From assembly GCA_024637225.1 (NCBI GenBank), contig JAGXFP010000074.1, positions 6,704 through 70,703 of the forward strand: 64,000 bases of DNA, read 5' to 3'. This document shows positions 38,867-49,044 of the stretch, in pieces. The position numbers and the translations under genes are program-made. Source of the stretch: Desulfobacterales bacterium (GTDB lineage Bacteria > Desulfobacterota > Desulfobulbia > Desulfobulbales > JAGXFP01). Position 1 is the first letter of the stretch; each line of letters starts with the position of its first letter. The notes below the pieces were generated by a model. That model did no database searches, was not told the origin of the DNA, and saw nothing but the letters and a program-made list of their open reading frames with translations.

Positions 38867-40150
38867 ATGTCAAAACATCCGATCTTCAGCATAGCTTTGT
38901 TTCTTTTACTCCTCAGCGTGAGCCCGGGCTACGCCGACCGGGGTCCCGCCGATCTTTCCAAAGAGATTGAAAGTCAGCAAAAGAAAATAAAGCGGGTGCG
39001 GGAAGAGATCGAAGACCACCACGACCGGGTCCTTAAGGCGCGGGCCAAGGAGAGCAACCTCTTCGGTCAGCTCGAAGTAATCGAACAGGCCTTAAGGGAT
39101 GCCCGGAAAAAACTGGCCCGGCTGAACGAAGAAACGGCAAGGCACGAGAAGCTGATCGAGGAAAAGGTCACCGAGGTCGGCCGCCGGAGCGCCGAAAAGG
39201 AAGTGGTCAAGAAGCATGTGGAGGAGAGGCTGGCCGCCTATTACCGGATGGGCGATCTCGGCATGATGAATGCGACCTTCTCGGCCGGAAGCCTCCCCGA
39301 TCTCTTGAACTTCAATGAATATTTCAAGGCCCTGATCAAATACGACAAGCAGGTGATTGACGATTACCGCTTGAAAATTGAAATGCTCACCGAGACCAGG
39401 AAGAGTCTGGAGGAGGAACGGGCCGAACTCCTGAGGGCTATCGCTACCGCCGAGAATCAGGCGGTGGAGATGGAGAGCGTTCGCCAGGAACGGATGGCGC
39501 TGCTCGCCCGGGTCAATACAGAGAAAAAGCTTTACCGCCGCGCTATTGAAGAGATGGAGCAGGCCTCGACCGGACTCACCGAAACCCTGGCCGAACTTCG
39601 GGGGAAATTCATGGCCAGCCGGGAATCCCAGCAACGATACTACTCATCGCCCAAAAAGAGGCGGCCGGGATCGGAGCGATCATTCTCCACGAAAAAAGGT
39701 GAGCTGCCCCCGCCGGTACGCGGTTCGGTAACGACCTTCTTCGGTAAAAACAAACAGGGCAAATTCGGGATCACTACCCACGCAGACGGTATTGACATCA
39801 AAACCGTGGCCGGCAGCGAAATCAAGGCGATCCACAGCGGCAAGGTGGTCTACGCCGGTCAATTGAAAGGCTACGGCAACCTGATCATTATCGACCACGG
39901 CCATCAATATTACAGCCTGATCTCCCGGGCGGCCGAACTATACAAAAAAGAGGGAGAAGTGGTCAGCACCGGCGAAGCGATCGGCATCATGCACGATGGC
40001 GGCGGCCTGCTCGGCGAAGGGCTCCATTTTGAAATCAGGCACGGCACCGAACCGTTGGACCCGCTCGACTGGCTTAACCGGAAAATGCTCAGCATCAGTT
40101 CCACCCACGCCGCTATCGGTGCGGAGAACGAAATGACGAGGAATAATTGA
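38867..40150 (+). CDS. envC: EnvC-like murein hydrolase activator (coiled coil plus M23 domain)
   Basis: Signal peptide, long coiled coil, GIDI, GYGNLIIIDHG and LHFEIR motifs; follows ftsEX. Confidence 0.85.
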   Translation: MSKHPIFSIALFLLLLSVSPGYADRGPADLSKEIESQQKKIKRVREEIEDHHDRVLKARAKESNLFGQLEVIEQALRDARKKLARLNEETARHEKLIEEKVTEVGRRSAEKEVVKKHVEERLAAYYRMGDLGMMNATFSAGSLPDLLNFNEYFKALIKYDKQVIDDYRLKIEMLTETRKSLEEERAELLRAIATAENQAVEMESVRQERMALLARVNTEKKLYRRAIEEMEQASTGLTETLAELRGKFMASRESQQRYYSSPKKRRPGSERSFSTKKGELPPPVRGSVTTFFGKNKQGKFGITTHADGIDIKTVAGSEIKAIHSGKVVYAGQLKGYGNLIIIDHGHQYYSLISRAAELYKKEGEVVSTGEAIGIMHDGGGLLGEGLHFEIRHGTEPLDPLDWLNRKMLSISSTHAAIGAENEMTRNN

Positions 40151-40260
40151 TTGTTCGGTGGCCCCCGAAATGATAGTGTATTAGAGTATTAAGGTGAAAT
40201 TTTCGCTAGCGGCCAACTGTTCGCGAAAATTCGAAAAACACGATATACCGGACAACCGAT

Positions 40261-40337
40261 TTTTACACCCACAGGGCATAAGTTTCGTTTGCACCCAAAA
40301 GGGCATATAAAGCAGACAAGCTGCTTAACTCAGCTTT
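40261..40337 (-). repeat. Family C repeat, long variant
   Basis: Reverse complement of 41762-41840. Confidence 0.8.
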
Positions 40338-40372
40338 AACCAATATTTTTTATATTTAAAGGGATTATCAGA

Positions 40373-41764
40373 ATGCGCTTAAAAAGGATGTCAACCTTCA
40401 AGAAAACTTTATTAACCGTCATCATCGTCACACCGATGCTGGCCGTGACCATGTGGCCCAACGGCAGCGACGCCGACGCCAAACCACACGACACTTACAA
40501 GAGCCTTGAAATTTTCTCGAACGTCTTGAGCCTCATCCAGAAAAACTATGTCGAAAGCGTCGATGTAACCGAAGTTCTCCAGGGCGCGATCAAGGGGATG
40601 CTCACCTCCCTCGATCCCCATTCCTCCTATATGAAACCTGACGACTTCAGGGAACTCAAACTGGAAACCAAGGGCAGCTTCACCGGCATCGGTATCGAGA
40701 TCACAATCCGGGATTCGGCCCTCACCGTAGTTTCACCGATCGAGGATACTCCCGGCGACCGCGCCGGTCTTAAGGCGGGAGACAAGATCGTCAAGATCGA
40801 GGGCGAGCTTACCAAGGACATGACCCTGATGGAGGCCGTCAAAAAGATGCGCGGCCCCAAGGGAACCACGGTCAATATCTCGGTTTATCGCGATGGGTGG
40901 ACCGATCTGGAGGATTACGCCATCGTCCGGGACGTGATCCCGCTGTTAAGCGTTCGCCACAAGATTCTGGCCCCTGGATACGCCTACATCCGCATAACCA
41001 ACTTCCAGAGCAAGACTTCAAGCGATTTCCAGAAGGCCCTTGAGGAGATCAGCGGACAAGGCAGGATATCCGGTCTGATCCTTGATCTACGCAACAATCC
41101 GGGCGGGCTCCTCTCCCAGTCCGTAAAGGTTTCGGATGTCTTCATCGATGAAGGGGTTATCGTCTCTACCAAGGGACGCATTGAAGACCAGAACACCACC
41201 TATGAAGCGCGGTCGAGCTGGACCAAATACGAATTCCCGATAGTGGTACTGGTCAATGAAGGCAGCGCCAGCGCTTCGGAGATCGTCGCCGGCGCCCTCC
41301 AGGATCACAAAAGGGCACTGGTCGTCGGCACCCAGACCTTCGGCAAAGGCTCGGTTCAGACCATTATTCCGATGAGTAACGGCGCCGGTCTGCGTTTAAC
41401 AACCGCTCGTTATTATACGCCGAGCGGTCGTTCCATCCAGGCCAAGGGTATCGAACCGGACATTCTGGTCGAGAAAATCACCCCGCCCGAAAAAGATGAA
41501 GACAAGAAGTCCCCGTCATTTCTGCGGGAAATTGACCTCAGGCATCATATAGAAAACGGTGACGAGAAGAAGAAAGTCGAAGAAGAAAAGAGTGAGGTCA
41601 ACGACACGGATATAAACAAAACCACCAAGGAAAAGGCGGACGAGGAAGCCAGGGAAATCGAAGAACAACTCTTCCAGGACAACCAGCTGCGAACCGCCCT
41701 GATGTTGCTGAGAGGGTTGAACGTCTACTCCGATTTCAAACCAGCTGCCGCCGAGGCCGAATAA
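40373..41764 (+). CDS. ctpA: S41 carboxyl-terminal processing protease
   Basis: LDPHS, PDZ GIGIEI, DLRNNPGG, SASASE and FGKGSVQ motifs. Confidence 0.93.
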   Translation: MRLKRMSTFKKTLLTVIIVTPMLAVTMWPNGSDADAKPHDTYKSLEIFSNVLSLIQKNYVESVDVTEVLQGAIKGMLTSLDPHSSYMKPDDFRELKLETKGSFTGIGIEITIRDSALTVVSPIEDTPGDRAGLKAGDKIVKIEGELTKDMTLMEAVKKMRGPKGTTVNISVYRDGWTDLEDYAIVRDVIPLLSVRHKILAPGYAYIRITNFQSKTSSDFQKALEEISGQGRISGLILDLRNNPGGLLSQSVKVSDVFIDEGVIVSTKGRIEDQNTTYEARSSWTKYEFPIVVLVNEGSASASEIVAGALQDHKRALVVGTQTFGKGSVQTIIPMSNGAGLRLTTARYYTPSGRSIQAKGIEPDILVEKITPPEKDEDKKSPSFLREIDLRHHIENGDEKKKVEEEKSEVNDTDINKTTKEKADEEAREIEEQLFQDNQLRTALMLLRGLNVYSDFKPAAAEAE

Positions 41765-41840
41765 AGCTGAGTTGAGCAGCTTGTCTGCTTTAATATGCCC
41801 TTTTAGGGTGCGAACGAAACTTATGCCCTATGGGTATAAA
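41762..41840 (+). repeat. Family C repeat, long variant
   Basis: taaagctgagttgagcagcttgtctgct...gaaacttatgccctatgggtataaa; begins in the ctpA stop codon. Confidence 0.8.
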
Positions 41841-41872
41841 CACCGGTTCTGTAGATTGGGTCCATAAGCAGC

Positions 41873-41905
41873 AAGGCCGCCTCCGGCAATGGAGGCGGCC
41901 TTTTT
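41873..41905 (+). terminator. Rho-independent terminator after ctpA
   Basis: aaggccgcctcc-ggcaat-ggaggcggcctt followed by a T run. Confidence 0.8.
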
Positions 41906-42031
41906 ATTACTCAACCATTCCGATTCAGCTTAGCTTTTAATAAAGGACATTAATCGGCCACGAAGCAACAGGCTTCAGTTGTTACGACGCATCATTATTA
42001 TTCACAAGACAAAAAAAGGGGGGGGGCTCCA

Positions 42032-42241
42032 ATGTTGTTTCTGGTAACGGGAATTATTCTGATCCTGACCGGCGGTCTGGTCTCGGTGCTGTTCTGGGTG
42101 CCGAGTCTGGTTAACCGGCAGAAGCTCAAGGAGTTGCTCGGCTCACGATATCCCTTGGTGTACCTGGTCTATTCCGCCAACGGTCCGGTCCTTTTCCTGG
42201 CCGGAATCATGCTGGTCATGAAGTATTTCGCTATTTACTGA
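42032..42241 (+). CDS. Small two-TM membrane protein
   Basis: 69 aa, two hydrophobic segments, G-rich RBS. Confidence 0.65.
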   Translation: MLFLVTGIILILTGGLVSVLFWVPSLVNRQKLKELLGSRYPLVYLVYSANGPVLFLAGIMLVMKYFAIY

Positions 42242-42355
42242 CAGGCTTCCCTCCTCTCCAGACTATCAGTTGCGCTTAGAAGTGAGCCAGTGGTTGTGCA
42301 GCGGCCTACCACGGTCCGCAAACGGCTGTTCGAGTACTGGTCACCGGCGTCAAAG

Positions 42356-42566
42356 ATGACGGCGTCGCAAAAATTGCTTCGCCACCTCATTGCGAGGAGC
42401 GAAGCGACAAAGCAATCCGATGTTTTCAAGTAGTTAGATCTTCCCGGATCCAAGGCGCGCAAACTTCGAGGAATGCAGCGTACTTCAGTACGCTGCAATG
42501 ACCGAGACAATTTGCAGTTAACGCCGGAACTGGCGATTTCTGCTTAGTCATCTGCGACGCCATCAT
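42356..42566 (+). mobile_element. Composite family B MITE-like element
   Basis: TIR atgacggcgtcgca / tgcgacgccatcat; left part is a cattgcgaggagcgaagcga half-palindrome, right part is the family B body. Confidence 0.75.
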
Positions 42567-42825
42567 TGAAGAATAGTATACGGCCCTCCCCTCTGATTTA
42601 ATAATATTCGCCAAAAAGATAATTCGGGCGCAGCATCTTGCGCAGGCAGGACACCGCCCGGAATCCCTGAGGGTTCAAGAACGGTCCGGATTCAGGACCG
42701 TTAACGACCGAATGGCAGCGGGAGTAGATTAACCCGGCATAATGGCATGATTGTTGTATTACAGTGTGGTATAAAGATTAACTTGATTTGAATAATAAAT
42801 TTTACTTGAGCCAAGGAGTTTTGGT

Positions 42826-43293
42826 ATGAAAATTTCAATCAGATTGTTCCTCTTAATCGCTTTTCTGGTCACATTTGCTTATGCTTGTTCTTCAACGGAA
42901 AGCGATGCCGGCGGTGCGGATCTGATCAAGCCGGTCGACAGTCAGCTGCAGATTCCGGTCTCGGCGATAAACGACGGCAAGGCCCACCATTACCAGGTAA
43001 AAGCGGATGACGGCACCATGGTCACTTTCTTCGTCCTGAAGAGCAAGGACGGGGTAATCAGGGCGGCAATCGATGCCTGCGATGTCTGTTACAAGGCCGG
43101 CAAGGGTTATTACCAGGAAGAAGATTTTATGGTCTGTGTGAATTGTGGTCAGCGCTTTGCTTCGAACCGGATCAATATCGTGAAGGGTGGATGCAACCCT
43201 GCTCCCCTGGACCGGGTGGTCCAAGGCGACAATCTGCTTATTGACATGAAAGATATTAATGCCAACAAATGGTACATGAAGTACCGGCAATAA
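42826..43293 (+). CDS. DUF2318 family (FtrD-like Fe-S) exported protein
   Basis: DACDVC, VCVNCG and GGCNP cysteine pattern; signal peptide; AGGAG RBS. Confidence 0.82.
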   Translation: MKISIRLFLLIAFLVTFAYACSSTESDAGGADLIKPVDSQLQIPVSAINDGKAHHYQVKADDGTMVTFFVLKSKDGVIRAAIDACDVCYKAGKGYYQEEDFMVCVNCGQRFASNRINIVKGGCNPAPLDRVVQGDNLLIDMKDINANKWYMKYRQ

Positions 43294-43399
43294 CCAGAAG
43301 CCCTTTTAAAAACAAAAACCCTTACAGCCCCGCCGCAAAGGGGCTTCAGCCGCGAAATCCCAAAATGCCTCCATGTCCAGGTCGCAGGCATTCGCAACT

Positions 43400-43630
43400 G
43401 AAGCCCTGTCCTAACCTTGAAGCTTTTCCCCTCGCAGCTATCTTAACCTGCCCTTAAGTCCTTAAAGTCCTTAAAGTCCTTAAAGTCCTTAACCTTGCCT
43501 CTTGCAGCTGTACTTATGTCCTTAACCTTGCAGGCTTGAACCTTGCCTCTTGCGCTGTACTTATATCCTTAACCTTGAATCTTGCAGCTTGAACCTTTTA
43601 CCTGCCCTTAACCCCTTGAACCTGTCCAAC
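43400..43630. repeat. Long heptamer array including four tandem gtccttaa(a/c) 9-mers
   Basis: aaccttg/gcttgaa units; 9-mers at 43458-43493; overlaps the 3' end of the vanZ-like gene. Confidence 0.8.
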
Positions 43631-43951
43631 CCCCCAGCCCAGCATCAACCCCAGAATGTTGGCGATCAGGTCGGTCCCGTCAGCGGCACGGCTTGGGATG
43701 AAGATCTGCATGATTTCAACCATGGCGCCATAGGCGAACAAACCGACAAGTACCGCCGCCGCGTGCCGGGGATAAGCCTTGAGACCCAGCCAGGCCAGGA
43801 CCCCAAAGGCGAGGAGATGGTTGGTTTTGTTCCAGCCTGTGGTGGCAATCCGGGAAGCAGTCGGGGTTAGGGCCAAAACCAGCACGGCGAGAGCGGCGAT
43901 AAAAAAGGCCCAGGTCCATCGAGTAGACGGACTATTGTCGTTCTTGCCCAT
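43598..43951 (-). CDS. VanZ family membrane protein
   Basis: NKTNHLLAF, YG..VEIMQ..IPSR and DLIAN..G motifs. Confidence 0.82.
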   Translation of the reverse strand: MGKNDNSPSTRWTWAFFIAALAVLVLALTPTASRIATTGWNKTNHLLAFGVLAWLGLKAYPRHAAAVLVGLFAYGAMVEIMQIFIPSRAADGTDLIANILGLMLGWGVGQVQGVKGR

Positions 43952-44084
43952 ATTGTTCCTTTAATCCGAAATGACTTTTTATCCTGAATCCGTGAGCGTC
44001 CGTTATATCAAGTATCGCCGACGCAGCAGGTCGCCCGTCGAAAGACAACGGCCTGAAATTCCTCCACCACGATGACGGATATCT

Positions 44085-44360
44085 AAAGCTGAGTTTCCTG
44101 CTCATACGAAACTTGTGCCCTTTGTGGTATAACCAGATTACAGGCCGCTAAGGGCAATCCTCCCAACCGACGTCCCGGATTTAAGTTTTTTGACAAACTC
44201 TGTTTTTTGGAGAGGCAATCCGTTCATCATTGGGAATGATAAAGCTGAGGTGAGCAGCTCGAATGCTCATCCGAAACTTATGCCCTGTGGGAATAGCTGA
44301 GTTGAGCAGCTCGTCTGTCATCCGAATCTTAATACCCTTGCGGTATAATACCAGATTAAC
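44085..44360 (+). repeat. Cluster of diverged family C repeats (one at 44085-44132, tandem pair at 44240-44350)
   Basis: gctgagttgagcag...gaaacttatgccctgtggg. Confidence 0.7.
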
Positions 44361-44597
44361 GGGCCGGGAAAGAAGGTTTAATCCGCCGTCTGCATGATCC
44401 AACGACAATCAAACAGGGAGTCCAAGACGAAAAGAAGGTTAATCCATCGCCCACATATTGCCCGATAGGCGATTTCACGGTGTGAAACATGGAATGGTTA
44501 CCGAGAACATCAAGATATCACGCCTGACTCCGGATCCCTCCGGAGTCTCGGATTGAACAGTTAAATCGGTTTTTTTGCGACGCCGCCAGGAAGGCCG

Positions 44598-44885
44598 CTA
44601 ATCTAAATCTAGATCCACGTACATCATGCCCATCCGAAAACGGTTGGTTCCTATCGGGGCAATCCATTTGACTTCCATTCGCCGAAATCCCCCCTCTCTT
44701 TCAACCGTATAGACATGACCTGCCCGCGGTGGGGTCGCGCCGCTGTATATGCAACCGAGACCGGATTCGCTCTCATCGACGGGAACTACGAAATAAAGAT
44801 CGTCGTCGCTGCCGTTTAGCTTGATAGGATTGATCTGATTAACCTTGTACCGTTCATGCCTTCTACGCGACTTGCCTTTATACAT
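44598..44885 (-). CDS. Small PilZ-like protein
   Basis: RRRHER (RxxxR) and DESESG (DxSxxG) motifs. Confidence 0.6.
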   Translation of the reverse strand: MYKGKSRRRHERYKVNQINPIKLNGSDDDLYFVVPVDESESGLGCIYSGATPPRAGHVYTVEREGGFRRMEVKWIAPIGTNRFRMGMMYVDLDLD

Positions 44886-45217
44886 ACCTGCTCCCAGTAA
44901 AACCGGTTGATTAATTGCGATATGAGGGCATGCACTGACTCAAGTCCATACCATATATTGGGGTCTTCAGTTTGGTCGTATAATTGCCGCCGGGCCAGCT
45001 TTTTGCCCATGGATTTCTTGATACTATATTTAGAGTACACCTGAGTCAAGCACTACCTACACATAATATGAGATGGGAAGCGCGGGTACTAAAAACTCAT
45101 TTGAGTAGCCTTCAGCCTCCTCTCCTGCGAAATTCGCACTGCACTTTGAATTCACCAGATAAGTTGCATTTGTACCAGCGTCCCCTGGACACACACATGC
45201 CCTATCAACAAATTGCT

Positions 45218-46207
45218 CTATTCAGTAAAGAATTCTGTTTCGCAACTGTGGTCTTCGAGGAATTCGTGACGAAGGGTTCGCTCCAAACCTTCGGACAAGG
45301 TAACCGGAGGCACAAAGCCCGTCTTGCTTATGGAAGTGGCAAATTGTGTGGTGGCAGTGAATTTTTTTACCCGGATGCTGCTCACCGGCAATGATTTACC
45401 AGTAAGCAAGGCAATAGCGTCACAAAGGTAGCCTCCCGTAAGACCTAGCAGGTAAGGGAGACGAGGACCAACCCCGGAGCCACGACCGAGCTTTTGTCGG
45501 ACGCTAGCAACCATGGTGTTCATGTCTAAATCCGGCTTGTCAATGTAATTATATATATGCAACCCAGGGGCAAATTTCAGAGAGAACTCAAGAAAAGCTG
45601 CGATATTTTCTACATAAGCCATAGATTTACGGTTTTTACCGCTACCGATCATCACAAATCTTCCGCTGGAGATCTGGCGCAGTAAGTTATAGACATTCCC
45701 TCGGTTTTGTTCCCCGAAAGCCACCGTGGGCCGGACAATCACCAAGGTACGATTTTCTGGATCTTCCGATTGCCACCTCTTATAGACTTCTTCCGCCTGC
45801 CATTTGGTTCGTCCATATTCGTTGAAGTAATTAATTTCGCCGGACTCATCTGTGTCGGGGTGTGCAAAGCCGTACACCGCAACAGTGCTGGTAAAGATGA
45901 TATTGTTGATTTTTTTTTGGCGAGCTACCTCACAAAGGTTTCTGGCGCCCTGAACATTGACTTCGCCGTACAGGCTTTTGGGCCGGACGTCATCACGATG
46001 TTCGGCGGCAAGATTGATTATAACCTCTCCATCTACCGCTTTCCTCAAGCCCTCTATGTCTCTTACATCCGCAAGTACCGTCTTGTCTGGAAATGTCTTG
46101 CTTATGATCTTGTCAATTACTGCAAATTCAGCATTGGCAATTTTGAGCCGCCTGCCGAGTCGCGTGCCAATAAACCCAGACCCACCTACAATAATTGTTT
46201 TTTGCAT
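45218..46207 (-). CDS. NAD-dependent epimerase, Gnu-like (GlcNAc-PP-undecaprenol 4-epimerase)
   Basis: GGSGFIG, LAAEHRDDV, YGRTK, FGEQNRGNVYNL and KSMAYVEN motifs. Confidence 0.75.
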   Translation of the reverse strand: MQKTIIVGGSGFIGTRLGRRLKIANAEFAVIDKIISKTFPDKTVLADVRDIEGLRKAVDGEVIINLAAEHRDDVRPKSLYGEVNVQGARNLCEVARQKKINNIIFTSTVAVYGFAHPDTDESGEINYFNEYGRTKWQAEEVYKRWQSEDPENRTLVIVRPTVAFGEQNRGNVYNLLRQISSGRFVMIGSGKNRKSMAYVENIAAFLEFSLKFAPGLHIYNYIDKPDLDMNTMVASVRQKLGRGSGVGPRLPYLLGLTGGYLCDAIALLTGKSLPVSSIRVKKFTATTQFATSISKTGFVPPVTLSEGLERTLRHEFLEDHSCETEFFTE

Positions 46208-46345
46208 GTTAGCACCTTACGCCGCCCGTGGCGGCGATTGTCAGCAAGAAATCTTTTTTGACCAAAAACACGATATTTCAGGTAGTTGGCAAGAACCTAC
46301 TTGGTAGACACCTTATGTTGTCCATACAGGCCACCTCGAGGCTCG

Positions 46346-47206
46346 TCAGGAACTCACAATTCTCTGTCGTAAAAACCATTCATAAAACAAACGGCGTAAA
46401 AAAGGAGGGGCGATAAAAACGCTGGAACGCGCAATGCCGTGCAAAACACCGCGCATTCGCGTCTTCAACCCTAACCGAACCATCATGGTCTGCAATTCAT
46501 ACTCCCCCTTGGTATATCGCCACCCGCCCCGTCGTTTATACATATCTCGACCTGCAGTAGCATGAACCAGAACTTCAGGCAGATTGGCACAACGCGCCCC
46601 TGCCATGATCATATTGATCCACAATGCGTAATCTTCCCTCAAATAAATATCAGGATAGCCGCCGCAGAGTGTAACCAAGGACCGCCGATAGGCTACCGTC
46701 ATGTGGTTGAATGGATTTCGCCGAACAATGAACTCGCGTACCTGCTCGTGACTCGCCGGCATCACACGACGTGCCACAGGGGTGCCGTTACGTTCACATT
46801 CCAGTATCGCACTGCCAATCAAATCCAGATCAGGATGTTCTTGAAGCAACTCGGAAATCCGCCTGAACCGGTTGGACAGATTCAAATCATCCGAGTCGGC
46901 CCTTACCACCCACTCGGTGCGAACCTGCGCAAGTCCGGCGTTCAATGCCTTCGCAAGTCCTTGGTTTCTCTCAAGGCGAACAACTTCCAGACCATACCGT
47001 TGTTCGGCAGCAATAATTTTCTCTTCCAGATGCCACGGAACCATCCCATCAACGACCAAGACCATATAGTCTGCTTTGAGATCGTTCTCGTAAACACTCT
47101 CGACAGCCTTGGCAAACAACTCCGGTTCATCCTTGCCATACACGGCCATTAAAACGGTAAACCCGCCCGGAAAGCCGGGACCAAAATATTTCACATCAAA
47201 CCTCAT
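46346..47206 (-). CDS. Glycosyltransferase family 2 (AmsE-like)
   Basis: VLMAVY, GLAKALN, RADSDD, FNHMTV and EDYALW motifs; ATGA overlap with the GT11 stop. Confidence 0.88.
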   Translation of the reverse strand: MRFDVKYFGPGFPGGFTVLMAVYGKDEPELFAKAVESVYENDLKADYMVLVVDGMVPWHLEEKIIAAEQRYGLEVVRLERNQGLAKALNAGLAQVRTEWVVRADSDDLNLSNRFRRISELLQEHPDLDLIGSAILECERNGTPVARRVMPASHEQVREFIVRRNPFNHMTVAYRRSLVTLCGGYPDIYLREDYALWINMIMAGARCANLPEVLVHATAGRDMYKRRGGWRYTKGEYELQTMMVRLGLKTRMRGVLHGIARSSVFIAPPFLRRLFYEWFLRQRIVSS

Positions 47207-48117
47207 ATCCGAATCCATGTATGGGGAATCAGGTCTGTGGTATCCGTACCAGTGGCAAACCATGTGCGAGGGGCAATAACGATTTTACCAGGATCAGGAT
47301 TCAGCCAGGCCCCCCACCAACTGAAGGAACTGTTCGCGATGACATGGTGGCGGCACAACGACATCAGCCGCATATCGTTATAGCTGTCATCGCCCTGGTT
47401 ATGATCTACTACTACGATTTCCGGATATCTCGGCTTCAATACCGCAGCCACCCATTCGGGCTCATCTGAAAACGCAAATAGGCGCAACTCGGAGAGACGC
47501 TGCTGCAGCAAGTCTACAGCGTTGAAATAGTAATCTGGTAAGCATGTTCCGTGCATCACGTGAGTTTTTGCATCGCTTACATAGTCTCCACGCCGCACAT
47601 GAATGCTGACTGAATTGCAACCAAGTATTTCGTTCTGCAGTTCAGCATTCCGGCCGCTTGGCGCGTGTCTGAAGGTGAAGTCTTTCCTCAGTGTTGCAGC
47701 ATGGTTCACAAAGTAGCGCTCGCTTTGCCAATAGCCTTGCAGATATCCCCCATTCCGGACCCTTGCTGCAAGACCATCCCAGTAGCGATAATGCGGCTCA
47801 AGGACAAAGTTCCTTCCCCTGAAGATGGCTAGAGCCTTGACGACCAGCAACTTGCGCACAAGCGGTTTGGCATGCAACGCACCAATCATCTCTCGCAGCT
47901 CTGATCGCGAAGCCATATCAATATCCAGCCGGAACACCCGCTCAAGCTCCAGGCCATAGTGAAAAATATTATATACTCCGAACATATCGAGCATAACCTT
48001 CAGCGGAAGGTGCAGTTCCAGGGCCAACGCTCTTGCGCAAGCATACTGAAACATCTGATTACCAAGTCCTCCGACAATATTGGTGATAATCATTTTTGGA
48101 CTAAATTTAGCTTTCAT
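47203..48117 (-). CDS. Alpha-1,2-fucosyltransferase (GT11)
   Basis: GGLGNQMFQYA, GYWQSERYF, HVRRGDY and NSSFSWWGA motifs. Confidence 0.93.
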   Translation of the reverse strand: MKAKFSPKMIITNIVGGLGNQMFQYACARALALELHLPLKVMLDMFGVYNIFHYGLELERVFRLDIDMASRSELREMIGALHAKPLVRKLLVVKALAIFRGRNFVLEPHYRYWDGLAARVRNGGYLQGYWQSERYFVNHAATLRKDFTFRHAPSGRNAELQNEILGCNSVSIHVRRGDYVSDAKTHVMHGTCLPDYYFNAVDLLQQRLSELRLFAFSDEPEWVAAVLKPRYPEIVVVDHNQGDDSYNDMRLMSLCRHHVIANSSFSWWGAWLNPDPGKIVIAPRTWFATGTDTTDLIPHTWIRI

Positions 48118-49036
48118 GAGTGGAACGCACTGTAATTGCTTGCCGAGCTATCGATCTGGGCACTGGCCCAAAACAGAAAGCCGCCTTAATGCGACCTATT
48201 CCCCGGAGGCTGTTCCAGCATACCGACTCACAGATGAGTATCATAGAGCGCAATCTTAGTCTGCACTGTAAAGGCTCAAGCCAAAGGGTGGTGGTTTGAT
48301 GAACATCTCTCAAGTAGGTTCGCTCCTCGCGTGCAATTTGCGTTATAGAAGACCTGAGACCCGCAGTGATTGAACCGGAGCGGCCCACAACCGAACCAAT
48401 CTTGATTTCGGGGCAAAGCCGTAGATTTTTTACAACCTTAAACAAGCGTACATAAAGGTCCACGTCAATAAACCACCGCAGTCGAGTATCGAATCGAGGA
48501 AATAATGTACGCCGGACCACCATTGTGGATGTTGGGCCAATGACATTACGCCGAAACAGGTACTGAGGAAACCGATTTACTACAAGAGCCCGCAGCCAAG
48601 TTGGTAAATGTCGTCGGTTATAGCCATTACTGGGCAAAACAAGGATGCAGTCTAGTATCAAAACATCTATGAATCGATCATAGCGTAAGGCCTCTATCAC
48701 ATTGCCGATAAAATCATCCACTAATGGGAACTCATCGTGATGCAACAACAAGCAGTACTCACCTTGTGCAGCATCAAGAAGCGCATTCCAATTAGCCGCC
48801 GCACCAAACGGTGGATGATTGTGCTGGTAGGTAACCTGAGAACCTGTAGCTTCACACCAATTCCTGACAACCTCATCTACAGCATTGTCAACTGAATCAT
48901 CAAAAATAATTATTTCGCAGTCACCTATAGGCAGCTGATGCAGACGTGTGAGGATACGATGCACCCCATCAGCGTAATTGTACGCCGGCACTAAGATACT
49001 AAGGAATGGAGTGTTTATGTAAGAGCTTTCGTTCAT
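48107..49036 (-). CDS. Glycosyltransferase family 2
   Basis: SILVPAYN, DDS, NWN and LHHDE motifs. Confidence 0.82.
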   Translation of the reverse strand: MNESSYINTPFLSILVPAYNYADGVHRILTRLHQLPIGDCEIIIFDDSVDNAVDEVVRNWCEATGSQVTYQHNHPPFGAAANWNALLDAAQGEYCLLLHHDEFPLVDDFIGNVIEALRYDRFIDVLILDCILVLPSNGYNRRHLPTWLRALVVNRFPQYLFRRNVIGPTSTMVVRRTLFPRFDTRLRWFIDVDLYVRLFKVVKNLRLCPEIKIGSVVGRSGSITAGLRSSITQIAREERTYLRDVHQTTTLWLEPLQCRLRLRSMILICESVCWNSLRGIGRIKAAFCFGPVPRSIARQAITVRSTHES

Positions 49037-49044
49037 AGCAGTTT

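Noticed and set aside
42744-42758. Sigma54-like TGGCATGATTGTTGT before DUF2318
   Set aside because: Spacing fits but the -12 element is GT rather than GC; too weak to call.
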